From a virus, in IMG/VR virus record IMGVR_UViG_3300045921_000167, positions 1 to 40,436 of that record: DNA of 40,436 nucleotides, one strand, 5' to 3'. A program made the translations under genes and the position numbers. Below, piece after piece: positions 14,786 to 24,293 of the stretch. Below the pieces are notes generated by a model. The model saw only the letters and a list, made by a program, of their open reading frames with translations, was not told the DNA's origin and did not search any database. How positions within the stretch are numbered: the first letter of the stretch is position 1; each line of letters starts with the position of its first letter.

Positions 14786-16918
14786 ATGGCATTAGCTAAG
14801 AAATACACCAGTCAAATTGACAGGATAAAAGACTCTGTTGAGCAGGCTTACATGTACTTTAGGCCAAATTATGAACGATATCATGAGTTCATGAAGTTTG
14901 TTTATAAAACAACATTAACAGATGATGATATTTCTGTACTAACTTACACCGGAAAGCCACAGATTGAATTTAACGTAATGGAAGCGTATCTCTCAAGGCT
15001 AAGGGGTGAGTTCTCTCGCATGGAACCGGGATTTGTAATCAGAGCGCAAGATGGATTTGAAGCAGACCCAGAATTACTTAAGATTTTGGAAGCTCATTTC
15101 AGGTCAATACTTGTCGATGCGGATAACGATGGATTTTCTTATGATGTCTATACAGATTGCTTAGTGGGTGGATTTTCTGTTGTAGAAGTGTACACGGATT
15201 ATGTATCTGAAATGTCGATGGATCAGCGCATTTGTGTAGATAGAGCATTTGATCCAACCTTATGTGGTTTTGACCCACTTGCAAGAAAATCTCATAAAGG
15301 TGATGGTTCTTTTTGTTTCCAGTTCTATCCAAAGGAGCGTGAGGAAGCCATTAGAGAGTTTGGCTCGGATGTAGTAAAAGGACTCAAATTTGCTAGAAGT
15401 TTTGGTGGTTTTAACTGGTCATATCGTGCAGCAAAGAAAGATATTGTACTTATTGCTGATTACTATGAAAAAACTTACAAGAAAGAGCGAATTACAAGAC
15501 TTACGAATGGTCGTGTTATTGCAATAAAGCATTATGAAGAATTGCTGCAAATGTGGGATGAGGCAGGTTACATCGAGCAGCCACCACAACCAATAGGCAA
15601 AATAAGAGAAACAACAATAGAAGAAATCTCACGTTATCGATTGTCAGGGTGTGAAATATTAGATCACCAAAAAACCAATTACAAAATGTTGCCATTAGTA
15701 TTTTTTGACGGCAACAGTGCCATGATCAGAGATAACGTAAACTCCACAGCCGAGCAGATGACACGGCCTTACATTTACAACGTCAAAGATTCTCAACGCC
15801 TTAAAAACTTTGCTGGTCAGTCTCTTGCAAATGAATTGGAAAATACTGTTGAACATAAATTCATTGCAATGATAGAATCTATACCAGAAGATTATCTTGA
15901 CGCATATATCAACGTACAGAAGCCTTCTACTCTCCTCTATAATGGTTTCCTTGATGGTGATCCGAATACACCACTTGCCGCTCCAAGGGAAGTGGTGCGG
16001 ACTCCTATACCACCCCAGATTGCTGAAACTTTCCAGATGTCTGACAACTTGATTCAGTCCATCTTAGGTAGTTATGACGCTGCATTGGGCATACAAAACA
16101 ATGAACTTTCTGGTGTAGCAATCATGCAAGGCGCAATGCACTCAAACGCTGCTGCAATGCCTTACACTGTCGGATTTATGAAAGGATTAAATCGTGTTTG
16201 TCAGATTATCCTAGACTTAATTCCAAAGTACTATGTTACTCCAAGGTCGATTCCTGTAGTTCAACCTGATGGTAAAAGGTCTTACAGGGTAATTAATAAA
16301 CCCGGTAATCCTTTTATGAATTACGATGCCAGAAGCCTTGAGGTAAAAGTTGAGGCTGGCGTTAATTTCCAAGTACAAAAACAAATTAGCCTTGAAACGA
16401 TTATTCAATTAATGCAAACCTCCGAGGCATTTAATGCGTTTATGAATCGCAAGGGCTTGGGTATTCTCCTTGATAATATTGATATACGTGGTGTTGAGGG
16501 CTTACGTGAGCAAGCAGCGCAATACATGCAAGAGATTGAGCAAGAACAGAAACAAGCCCAAGAAATGCAAATGCAAGCAATGCAAAATCAAATCGATCCT
16601 AATCAATTACTGCAAATGCAATTACAGGCTGAAATGGCCAAAGTTGAGCAAAAACGAGAAGAAGCCGAGCTTAATGCTAATGTCCAATTGACTAAAATTG
16701 CTACAGACGATGCAATTAAGAACAAACAAGCTGATATTGATTTGCTTGAAGTGATGTCAAATGTTGAAAATAAAAGCATGGAAAATCAATTAAAGCAGGA
16801 AAAGATTGATGCAGAACAAGCAAGAACTGCTGTGAGCGTTGCACTGGATGTTAGTAAGCATCAACATGAAGTTGATCAGGCTATGAAAGAACGCAAGGAA
16901 AAATCTAATGAGGAATAA
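14786..16918 (+). CDS. Portal protein (P22-like, long Q/E-rich C-terminal coiled coil)
   Basis: 710 aa, immediately after TerL. The C-terminal region of about 130 aa is coiled coil (QEIEQEQKQAQEMQMQAMQNQ..), comparable to the P22 gp1 barrel. Confidence 0.8.
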   Translation: MALAKKYTSQIDRIKDSVEQAYMYFRPNYERYHEFMKFVYKTTLTDDDISVLTYTGKPQIEFNVMEAYLSRLRGEFSRMEPGFVIRAQDGFEADPELLKILEAHFRSILVDADNDGFSYDVYTDCLVGGFSVVEVYTDYVSEMSMDQRICVDRAFDPTLCGFDPLARKSHKGDGSFCFQFYPKEREEAIREFGSDVVKGLKFARSFGGFNWSYRAAKKDIVLIADYYEKTYKKERITRLTNGRVIAIKHYEELLQMWDEAGYIEQPPQPIGKIRETTIEEISRYRLSGCEILDHQKTNYKMLPLVFFDGNSAMIRDNVNSTAEQMTRPYIYNVKDSQRLKNFAGQSLANELENTVEHKFIAMIESIPEDYLDAYINVQKPSTLLYNGFLDGDPNTPLAAPREVVRTPIPPQIAETFQMSDNLIQSILGSYDAALGIQNNELSGVAIMQGAMHSNAAAMPYTVGFMKGLNRVCQIILDLIPKYYVTPRSIPVVQPDGKRSYRVINKPGNPFMNYDARSLEVKVEAGVNFQVQKQISLETIIQLMQTSEAFNAFMNRKGLGILLDNIDIRGVEGLREQAAQYMQEIEQEQKQAQEMQMQAMQNQIDPNQLLQMQLQAEMAKVEQKREEAELNANVQLTKIATDDAIKNKQADIDLLEVMSNVENKSMENQLKQEKIDAEQARTAVSVALDVSKHQHEVDQAMKERKEKSNEE

Positions 16919-17019
16919 AAAACGAGGAGGATGCTGGTGTGACTACTGTAGATTTAAAGGGCGCACAAGTTGGTGGAAAAATTTATTAAAAGAAAAGGAT
17001 ATAAAAAAGGAGATCCAGT

Positions 17020-17238
17020 ATGGCCAAATTAACAAGCAAAGCACGGAATAAATTACCGAAGTCGGACTTTGCACTTCCGGAATCCAGAAAGTATCCAGTG
17101 GACACAAAAGCCCGAGCTGCAAATGCCAAAGCACGTGCGCAGCAACAATACGATAAAGGCAACATAAGTAAATCCACTTTAAGCAAGATTGATGCTAAAG
17201 CCAATAAGGTTTTAGGCAAGAAAAAGGAGAAAAAATGA
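17020..17238 (+). CDS. Small basic conserved phage protein (72 aa)
   Basis: AAGGAG SD. The motif PKSDFALPESRKYPVDTKARAANAKARA recurs in small proteins of many head modules. Confidence 0.6.
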   Translation: MAKLTSKARNKLPKSDFALPESRKYPVDTKARAANAKARAQQQYDKGNISKSTLSKIDAKANKVLGKKKEKK

Positions 17239-17363
17239 AACACATGCCAAAACGAGGCCAACGTACTGAAACAAATAAGCGCACCAAAAAAATGCGTCAT
17301 ACCGATGAGATGGAAGATAAAAAGATGATTAAGAAAATGGTGAAGAAAACTGCACTAAAGTGA
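17235..17363 (+). CDS. Very small basic protein (42 aa, below the ORF-track cutoff)
   Basis: ATGA coupling and AAGGAGAAAAA SD. Sequence is MKHMPKRGQRTETNKRTKKMRHTDEMEDKKMIKKMVKKTALK. Confidence 0.35.
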   Translation: MKHMPKRGQRTETNKRTKKMRHTDEMEDKKMIKKMVKKTALK

Positions 17364-17395
17364 CGGAAATTGTCACAATAGAGTGGATATCTTCC

Positions 17396-17424
17396 ATATG
17401 AGTTAAAATTTGCTATACTCATAT
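17396..17424 (+). promoter_or_regulatory. Hairpin overlapping an extended -10-like element in the 184-nt gap before the scaffold gene
   Basis: ATATGAGT (17396-17403) pairs with ACTCATAT (17417-17424). TGCTATACT (17411-17419) resembles TGnTATAAT. A downstream hairpin CTCAC/GTGAG lies at 17494-17508. Confidence 0.3.
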
Positions 17425-17547
17425 CAAACAAACTTGACTAGACAAGTGATTCTCTAGGACTTCTTACGCAGCTATGCGGAAAAATAGCCCATACTCACAG
17501 GACGTGAGGTTTATACGGTCACACCGGGAACAGTGAAAGAGGATTCA

Positions 17548-18273
17548 ATGGATAAGGATATTGCAGAAGATTTGCAAGAGAATAATGTTATTGCTGAAAC
17601 CGACTCGTTAGATAACGTGGAGGAAACGCCTCCAGAGAAGATGCTTCCTGCTTCCAAAGTGAATGAGCTTATTAAAAAGGCCAAACATAAAGGAGAGCAA
17701 AAAATGCAGGAGCAACTCGAACAGGCGCAAAAAATCATTGAGCAATTACAATCTAGTCAACAAGCCTCACCGCAAATTGACTTGGAAAAACTCCAAAGCC
17801 AGATTTTGGAGAAAATTGAAGGTAAATTGCGCAGTGAAAAAGAGCAATTAGAGCAACAACAACTCCAAAGGGAGGTTGATCAGATTGCCCAGCAATACTA
17901 TGGGAAGATGGCGCAAGGTAAAGAGCTTTATGATGATTTTGAAGCCGTTACCGCAGATTTCGATCCGTCTGCTTTCCCTCAAATCGTTTTCTTAGCAAAT
18001 CAGGTGGATAACACGCCGGAAGTGATTTATGAGTTAAGTAAGAAGCCCGGGAAATTGGCAGAATTACAAAAACTCCTAGAGCATTCTCCGCAGTTAGCCA
18101 GAAAACAAATGATTAATCTAAGCCAATCTATTAAGAACAATAGAGAAGCAAAGAATAATCTTATTGAACCGCAAGAACCCTTAGACAGAATGAAACCCTC
18201 GCCAATTGCAGGAACTGACAATGGCGTTAAAACTGTTAGGGATTACAAAAATATGCCTTTCTTGAAGGTATAA
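17548..18273 (+). CDS. Scaffolding protein
   Basis: The ATG at 17548 follows AAGAGGA. The protein is acidic and Q-rich coiled coil and sits between portal and coat. Confidence 0.65.
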   Translation: MDKDIAEDLQENNVIAETDSLDNVEETPPEKMLPASKVNELIKKAKHKGEQKMQEQLEQAQKIIEQLQSSQQASPQIDLEKLQSQILEKIEGKLRSEKEQLEQQQLQREVDQIAQQYYGKMAQGKELYDDFEAVTADFDPSAFPQIVFLANQVDNTPEVIYELSKKPGKLAELQKLLEHSPQLARKQMINLSQSIKNNREAKNNLIEPQEPLDRMKPSPIAGTDNGVKTVRDYKNMPFLKV

Positions 18274-18333
18274 CCCGCCCGTTTAGGCCATTGTTAGTTT
18301 CTAAATAATTATGGACAATTATTGGAGAAGAAC

Positions 18334-19578
18334 ATGGCCGTTCCAAACAACATTTTACAACAAGTACAAACCTACCAAATGTCGAATTTGGCGTACTTGC
18401 AAAACTTAAACGTATTTGTGAACACTGCAAATACAAAATTCAAAGACTTTGAGAAGCTGACAGCAAACTTGGGTGACACGGTTACCTTTGATTTGCCACC
18501 ACGCTTCGTGACTGCTGCAAGTCTTGTTGCAACATTCCAATCTGCTGACCAAAGAGTTGAAAACTTGACAGTGGATAGTGCTGCTAACGTTTCTTATGCA
18601 TTCACAGCACAACAATTCATCTTTAACGTTGAAGATTACATGGAGAAATTCGGTAAATCTGCAACAATGGAATTGTCTGCCGAGATTGAATCAGACGTTG
18701 CTCGTGTTTGCGTAGAAGCACCTTATCGCTTCTATGGCGATGGCGTTACCCCAATCAACTCCTATGGGCAGTTAGCGAATGCATTGGCAATGTTCAGAAA
18801 CTATGGTGCTGCACCTGATAACACCAAGTTCTATTTAAGTGATATTGCACAAGCTGCAATCGTAAATACCGGATTAAACCAATTCGTTCAAAATCGTAAC
18901 GAAAAGGCTGCAATGTCTTGGGATGTTGGTGATTTCAATAGAGCTTCTTTCTATATTTCCAACTTGTTACCAATTCATACTGCTGGAACAGTTGGTGAAG
19001 ATGGTTTGACTCTAACTGTAGTTTCTGTGGTTAAAAACGCTGATGATGCTGTGATTCAAATCACTTTCTCTGGTGCAAACGTATCTGATGCTGATTCAGT
19101 CAAAGAGTTTGATAAATTCCAGTTTGTGGATGGCGTTGGTAGTTTGCCAAACATGCGCTATTTAACATTCATTGGACACAAAGTATCAAGTAACCCTGTT
19201 CAATTCAGAGCTACTGCTGATGCTGGCTCTAACGGTGGTGGTCAAGTAACTGTTGACGTTTATCCTCCTTTGAAAGCATCTGCTGGTAATACTCGCAACC
19301 TGAACACTGAAATCCAAGTTGGTATGCAGGTTACTGCTCTGCCTTCACATCGTGCGGGTATGATCAACTCTGGTAATTCTTTGTTTATTGGTATGCCAAT
19401 GCTGCCAGAGGAAGTGCCATTCCCAACAGGAAATATGGTTGATCCAGATACAGGCGTTAGTTTACGTCAGTACTATGGAAGTTTGTTCGGGCAAAACCAA
19501 CGCGGGATGATTCATGACGCTATTTGGGGTAAGAAGCAGGTGCCAGAGTATGCGATGTCAATAATATTTCCTCTGTAA
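18334..19578 (+). CDS. Major capsid (coat) protein, P22-coat-like
   Basis: The ATG at 18334 follows GGAGAAG. It has 414 aa and sits after the scaffold gene. A central insertion-like segment (LTLTVVSVVKNADDAVIQITFSG..FDKFQFVDGV) resembles the P22 gp5 architecture. Confidence 0.8.
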   Translation: MAVPNNILQQVQTYQMSNLAYLQNLNVFVNTANTKFKDFEKLTANLGDTVTFDLPPRFVTAASLVATFQSADQRVENLTVDSAANVSYAFTAQQFIFNVEDYMEKFGKSATMELSAEIESDVARVCVEAPYRFYGDGVTPINSYGQLANALAMFRNYGAAPDNTKFYLSDIAQAAIVNTGLNQFVQNRNEKAAMSWDVGDFNRASFYISNLLPIHTAGTVGEDGLTLTVVSVVKNADDAVIQITFSGANVSDADSVKEFDKFQFVDGVGSLPNMRYLTFIGHKVSSNPVQFRATADAGSNGGGQVTVDVYPPLKASAGNTRNLNTEIQVGMQVTALPSHRAGMINSGNSLFIGMPMLPEEVPFPTGNMVDPDTGVSLRQYYGSLFGQNQRGMIHDAIWGKKQVPEYAMSIIFPL

Positions 19579-19644
19579 AATATAGCTTGGCTCTAATTCT
19601 TGCCAAAAGATAATCCATAATAAATAATTAGTGTGGAAATTTCA

Positions 19645-20274
19645 ATGGGGAGAATTATGGCCAAGCCAAATTGCAGTAAATGTGGTGCTTTAAAAAAAGG
19701 TTCTTATAAAAAAGAATCATGGTGCGGTGACTGCATAGGAGCGAGGCGAAAAGAACTTCGTGCTGAGAGAAGGAAGGAAAGGGATCTTCCGGAATATGGC
19801 TCTGGTAGAGATCCAAAATGCAAGATATGCCGTGCTTATAAAGAAGAGCGTTATATGAATGGCAGTTATTGTGCCAAATGCAAGCTTGAAAAGTTAAAAA
19901 TTGCATATGCTGAAAAAATAAAAAAGGAAGGCAAAGAGCCAAGGAGAAAAGGAAGAAATCCGATTTGCAGATGTGGGCGCACAAAAAATAACTTGAAGGC
20001 TGCTCTTTGTAATTTTTGCGAAGCTTTTAAAAAGCGTGCATATCATGAGAAAAACAAAGATTCTCCTATTTATAAAGTTAAGATTGCAGCCCGCACGACT
20101 TTAAATCGTTATATTCGACTTGGGCATATTGTCAAACAACCTTGCGAAGTATGCCAAACAGAAGATAATGTTGAGGCTCATCATGATGACTATTTGAAAC
20201 CATTGCAGGTAAGATGGTTATGTAAGAAGCACCATGCAGAGCATCATAAAAAAAGAAAAGCTGTAAAATTGTAA
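19645..20274 (+). CDS. HNH-motif protein with three N-terminal zinc-ribbon repeats
   Basis: C-terminal CEVCQTEDNVEAHHDDYLKPLQVRWLCKKHHAEHH. Three zinc-ribbon units of about 20 aa, two CxxC..CxxC and one CxC..CxxC (CSKC..CGDC, CKIC..CAKC, CRC..CNFC). The start is uncertain (19645 or 19657). Confidence 0.7.
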   Translation: MGRIMAKPNCSKCGALKKGSYKKESWCGDCIGARRKELRAERRKERDLPEYGSGRDPKCKICRAYKEERYMNGSYCAKCKLEKLKIAYAEKIKKEGKEPRRKGRNPICRCGRTKNNLKAALCNFCEAFKKRAYHEKNKDSPIYKVKIAARTTLNRYIRLGHIVKQPCEVCQTEDNVEAHHDDYLKPLQVRWLCKKHHAEHHKKRKAVKL

Positions 20275-20314
20275 CCGGGAGCAAGAAGCTCCCATAAACT
20301 ATAAGGATATAAAC

Positions 20315-21055
20315 ATGGCAATTAGCTTACCAGTTGTAAATGCTCCTAATCTGTATGTTGACGGATTAGAACTATCATGGGCATCCGCTACCACATTGAC
20401 TGTGGCTGATGGTCGTGCTCGAAATTCCACAAACCAAAATGACATTATCCTTGATGCTGCTGTAACCATCAATGGTGCTGTTTCTGGCGCGATTAATGGT
20501 CTTGATCAAGGCGCATTAGCCAATAACACTTTCTATGCTGTTTACATTGTTGGTGACTCCTATGGGAATAACGACACTGGCGCAATGATATCTACCGACA
20601 CAGATAGTCCATTACTACCCGGCGGTTACGACATGTCCAGAAGAATTGGTTGGGTATTAACTAATGGTTCTGCTCAATTCTTATTATTCTGGCAGTACGG
20701 AAACGATAAAGAGCGTCAGTATTACTACGATGTAGGTATTAGTGAATTGGCTGGCGGTTCTTCTGCGACTTTTGCTGCTGTTGATTTGGCAACCTCCGTA
20801 CCACCAATCGCAACCGAAGTACTTTTTGACGTTGCATACACACCAAACGGTGCAACAGATGTTGCAGAGTTTCTGCCATTTGGCTCAAGTGCAACCAATG
20901 GAATTGTGCGCTTTGGTTATGGTGTTGCTGCTGCTCAGGTTGGTATGGCATCTGTTCCTTGTCGCTTGGACGCTGGTGTTCCAAAAATCCAATATAAGGT
21001 AACTGCTGGCGATACCTTGACCTTGTTGACTATAGGTTACAAAGACTACCTGTAA
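20315..21055 (+). CDS. Virion structural protein of unknown role (246 aa)
   Basis: AAGGA SD. Ala/Gly/Thr-rich beta-type composition, located between the coat and neck genes. Confidence 0.5.
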   Translation: MAISLPVVNAPNLYVDGLELSWASATTLTVADGRARNSTNQNDIILDAAVTINGAVSGAINGLDQGALANNTFYAVYIVGDSYGNNDTGAMISTDTDSPLLPGGYDMSRRIGWVLTNGSAQFLLFWQYGNDKERQYYYDVGISELAGGSSATFAAVDLATSVPPIATEVLFDVAYTPNGATDVAEFLPFGSSATNGIVRFGYGVAAAQVGMASVPCRLDAGVPKIQYKVTAGDTLTLLTIGYKDYL

Positions 21056-21064
21056 GGAGTAATT

Positions 21065-21769
21065 ATGGCCTACACCACATTGCAGTTGATTAACCATGCT
21101 TACTATGAGTCAGGCATCGTTGCCCGTGGTTTTGAAACGGTGACAGGCCAACAAGCACAGGATGGTTTAATGTTTTTGAATGACTTGATTGCGGATAAGA
21201 CTGTGGAGAATGGTCTTATCCCATATTATCAAGAATACAATTTTAATGCTGTAGCAGGGCAAGAAAAATATTTTATTGAAAACCTCATTTCCATAGACAC
21301 GTTTGTTTTTTTTATCGATACAGTTCGCTATCAAACCTTGCCACAAGGAAGGCGAAATTACTTTGGTAACTCTCGTGCCGACAACATTCAATCATTGCCG
21401 GGAACATGGCATTTAGAGCGAACCTTTGGTGGCGCAGATTTATATATTTATTTTAAGCCAGATAGAAACTTTCCTTTGACCATATGGGGACAGTTCCGAT
21501 TGGCTGAAGTCACCCTTAATCAGGATTTATCACTTACGCTGGATAGATTTTATATCAACTATCTACGCTATGACTTGGCCGTAAGGTTGTGTGCTGAATA
21601 TAACTATTCCGTACCACCATCTGTACAAAAAGCATTAGATAGGTATGAAGAATCAATTAGTAAAAAAAGTGGGCCGATTGACCTACAATTGCAAAAACTG
21701 TCTAGTTTGCAGCGTAGGGGAGGAATCAACTATGCTCAAGTGAATATTGGGAAAGGGTGGACTATATGA
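21065..21769 (+). CDS. Head-to-tail adaptor (P22 gp4-like) candidate
   Basis: AAGGAG SD. Its position precedes the gp10-like gene. The N-terminal pattern LINHAYYESGIV...QDGLMFLNDLI resembles the gp4 N-terminus. Confidence 0.45.
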   Translation: MAYTTLQLINHAYYESGIVARGFETVTGQQAQDGLMFLNDLIADKTVENGLIPYYQEYNFNAVAGQEKYFIENLISIDTFVFFIDTVRYQTLPQGRRNYFGNSRADNIQSLPGTWHLERTFGGADLYIYFKPDRNFPLTIWGQFRLAEVTLNQDLSLTLDRFYINYLRYDLAVRLCAEYNYSVPPSVQKALDRYEESISKKSGPIDLQLQKLSSLQRRGGINYAQVNIGKGWTI

Positions 21770-21806
21770 TTTAGGTCATGGATGGGCTACTTAAAGAGAG
21801 ACAAGG

Positions 21807-23387
21807 ATGATTTACACCCCACAGGCTAAACAAGTACCAGTAAAAATAGTAGGAAGCTCTACCTTCGGTATCTACCCTATGATTTCAGACGAGCGTACAT
21901 GGAATATGTATATCTCGGATGGCTGGCTATATAATTTTGCTGGTTACGATCAGGCTATAGAAATTGAAAACCAACCATCTGAAGGTAGGGGTATATTTCA
22001 TTCTACTCGTGGCAATTTCATGCTTGTGGTTATTGGACGTGCCGTTTATAGGGTAGATTCCAACTTAGGGTACACGCAAATATTGACTTTAGACAGCCAA
22101 ACTGGCGAAGTCTTTATGGATGAGAATTTGGCATCACAAATTGCGCTGGTAGATGGTTTAGATATTTATATTTATAACTACACAACTTTAACTGCTGGAA
22201 AGGCAGTTTATACAGCACCAGATTTAGTACCGAATTATGTCACGTATCAAAATACATATTTCATTTTTGGTAATGGCGATACTACTACAAATGGTTCCCA
22301 ATGGTATGTATTTGAAACAGCATTCGATCCTAATACGTTAGCCAACCCATTAGGTTTAACGTTAGTAACAAGATTAGCTATACAAACGAAGCCAGATTTT
22401 GCTAAGGCAGCCATACGTATTCCTTCTCATGGCAATAACTTATTGGTCTTAGGGAATATTGTTGGTGAGATTTGGACAAACGTAGGCGGTCTGCAAATTT
22501 ATCAGCGTCAATCATCAATCAATATCGACTATGGCGTTGCTAGTGTTTCTACAATCGCAGCTAATGATGAGATGGTCGCATGGCTTGGTATCAATGAAAA
22601 ATCATCACCAGCAATCATGGTAATGGCTGGAGGCCAAGCACAACGCATTTCAACCGATGGGATTGATAATCTATTGAGTCGAGTGCAACACCCAGAACAA
22701 TCAACGGCCATATTTTATAGGCAAGCTGGGCATTTGTTCTATATTTTGACGTTCTTTAATCCTGACGATAATTTCACAATTATGTACGATTTTACAACCA
22801 ATATGTTCTTTGATTTAACCGATTGGGATTTCAGTTATCACCCAGCAAGGCAAATTGCATATTTCAATAACAGGACATATTTTGCAAGCCTCAAGCAAGG
22901 TAGCGTAATGCGCCTTGGAACTGATATTAACTATATATCTACCGATATTCAAAATCGATATGAAATTCCACGCATAAGAAAATGCGATACATACAGAGAA
23001 CCCGGAAGTGAAAAATTCATTGTTAATCGCTTTGCATTTACTATCCAAAATGGTGTTGAGCCGGATGTTGATGGTCAATTTGAATGCGATGGGTTTATCC
23101 TTGGCGAATCAAGCGGTCTTATCATGTACAGTGAAGATGACTTGCCTTTGCTAGTGGAAGGAGGTTCATGTCAGGTTTACAGGCCAAGAATTGACTTTTC
23201 TTTTTCCAAAAATGGAGGCCATACTTATAGTAACGTTGTAAGTTATTATATGCATCATACTGGACAATATAAGAACTTACCTAAGTTTGACAAGCTGGGA
23301 GAAGCTAATCAATTTACAGTTCAAATGCGATTTTGGGGATTTGGAGCCGTAGTTATTACCGATGGCGTACTGGAGGTATATCGATGA
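21807..23387 (+). CDS. Tail hub / packaged-DNA stabilisation protein (P22 gp10-like) candidate
   Basis: 526 aa. The C-terminal pattern FSFSKNGGHTYSNV...KFDKLGEANQFTVQMRFWG..VITDGVLEVY parallels the P22 gp10 C-terminus (SATTDGINYG...WKRVGRIRRLIGFKLRV..LSGCQIRLE). Confidence 0.5.
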   Translation: MIYTPQAKQVPVKIVGSSTFGIYPMISDERTWNMYISDGWLYNFAGYDQAIEIENQPSEGRGIFHSTRGNFMLVVIGRAVYRVDSNLGYTQILTLDSQTGEVFMDENLASQIALVDGLDIYIYNYTTLTAGKAVYTAPDLVPNYVTYQNTYFIFGNGDTTTNGSQWYVFETAFDPNTLANPLGLTLVTRLAIQTKPDFAKAAIRIPSHGNNLLVLGNIVGEIWTNVGGLQIYQRQSSINIDYGVASVSTIAANDEMVAWLGINEKSSPAIMVMAGGQAQRISTDGIDNLLSRVQHPEQSTAIFYRQAGHLFYILTFFNPDDNFTIMYDFTTNMFFDLTDWDFSYHPARQIAYFNNRTYFASLKQGSVMRLGTDINYISTDIQNRYEIPRIRKCDTYREPGSEKFIVNRFAFTIQNGVEPDVDGQFECDGFILGESSGLIMYSEDDLPLLVEGGSCQVYRPRIDFSFSKNGGHTYSNVVSYYMHHTGQYKNLPKFDKLGEANQFTVQMRFWGFGAVVITDGVLEVYR

Positions 23388-23641
23388 ATATACCAACGTT
23401 CGTAAGAGTAAAGTTTGTACAAGCGGATGGGTATTTAACGCCTGAAATGCAATTGTATAATGATGAATTGAATCAGGCATTGCAAAATGGATTAAGTAAT
23501 AATGGTTGGACAGTACCTCAGTTAACGACTGCCCAGATTACGGCAATTGCGCCACAAATGCCCAGTGGAACTTTATGGTACGATATAGATACGAACCAGT
23601 TAAAAGGCAAGATCAATGGCGTAGTAACAGTAATAGTATAA
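23384..23641 (+). CDS. Small structural-module protein (85 aa)
   Basis: The ATG at 23384 overlaps the upstream stop (ATGA) and follows GGAGG. Confidence 0.5.
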   Translation: MNIPTFVRVKFVQADGYLTPEMQLYNDELNQALQNGLSNNGWTVPQLTTAQITAIAPQMPSGTLWYDIDTNQLKGKINGVVTVIV

Positions 23642-23650
23642 GGACATACT

Positions 23651-24292
23651 ATGAGCATTTTAAGTAAAATATTTGGTTTTAAAAATCCTGCGGACTCTGC
23701 TATGCCATATTTGAATCAAATACCGGGCATAGGTCAGCAATATTACGATCCTTTTGTACAATCTGGTCGTACGGCCGGGACTCGCTTAGAAGGCGAGTAT
23801 GACCAACTATTGTCTGATCCCAATGCATTCATTGATAAGTTGATGTCGGGATATGAGCCATCCAAAGGCTTTCAATTTCAAAAAGATTTACTGAGCAAAG
23901 CATTGGGAAGCACTGCTGCTGCTGGAGGCTATCGTGGCACTGACTTTGACCAATTGCAGCAAGGCGAGGCTATTCAAGGTTTATTGTCAAAAGACATGCA
24001 ACAATATCTGCAAAACGTATTGGGGGCATATAAAACTGGCCTTGAGGGTGAACAAGACATTTATGGCAAAGGATTCCAAGCATCTGGAAGTCTTGCCGAT
24101 TACTTGGGTTCTGCATTAGGTCAACAAGGACAAGTAGCTTTCCAAGGACAAGCGCAAAAGAATGCCAATAAAGCAGGTTTATTTAAACTATTAGCTCAGG
24201 CTTTAGGTGGTGCTGCTGGTTTAGGTGGTCTTGGTGGATTAGGTTCTTTGGCCACTGGTGGGTTAGGTTCAAGTATGTTTGGTGGAGGTTAA
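23651..24292 (+). CDS. Gly-rich internal virion / ejection-type protein candidate
   Basis: AAGGA SD. C-terminal GGAAGLGGLGGLGSLATGGLGSSMFGGG. Its position corresponds to the P22 ejection-protein block. Confidence 0.45.
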   Translation: MSILSKIFGFKNPADSAMPYLNQIPGIGQQYYDPFVQSGRTAGTRLEGEYDQLLSDPNAFIDKLMSGYEPSKGFQFQKDLLSKALGSTAAAGGYRGTDFDQLQQGEAIQGLLSKDMQQYLQNVLGAYKTGLEGEQDIYGKGFQASGSLADYLGSALGQQGQVAFQGQAQKNANKAGLFKLLAQALGGAAGLGGLGGLGSLATGGLGSSMFGGG

Positions 24293-24293
24293 T

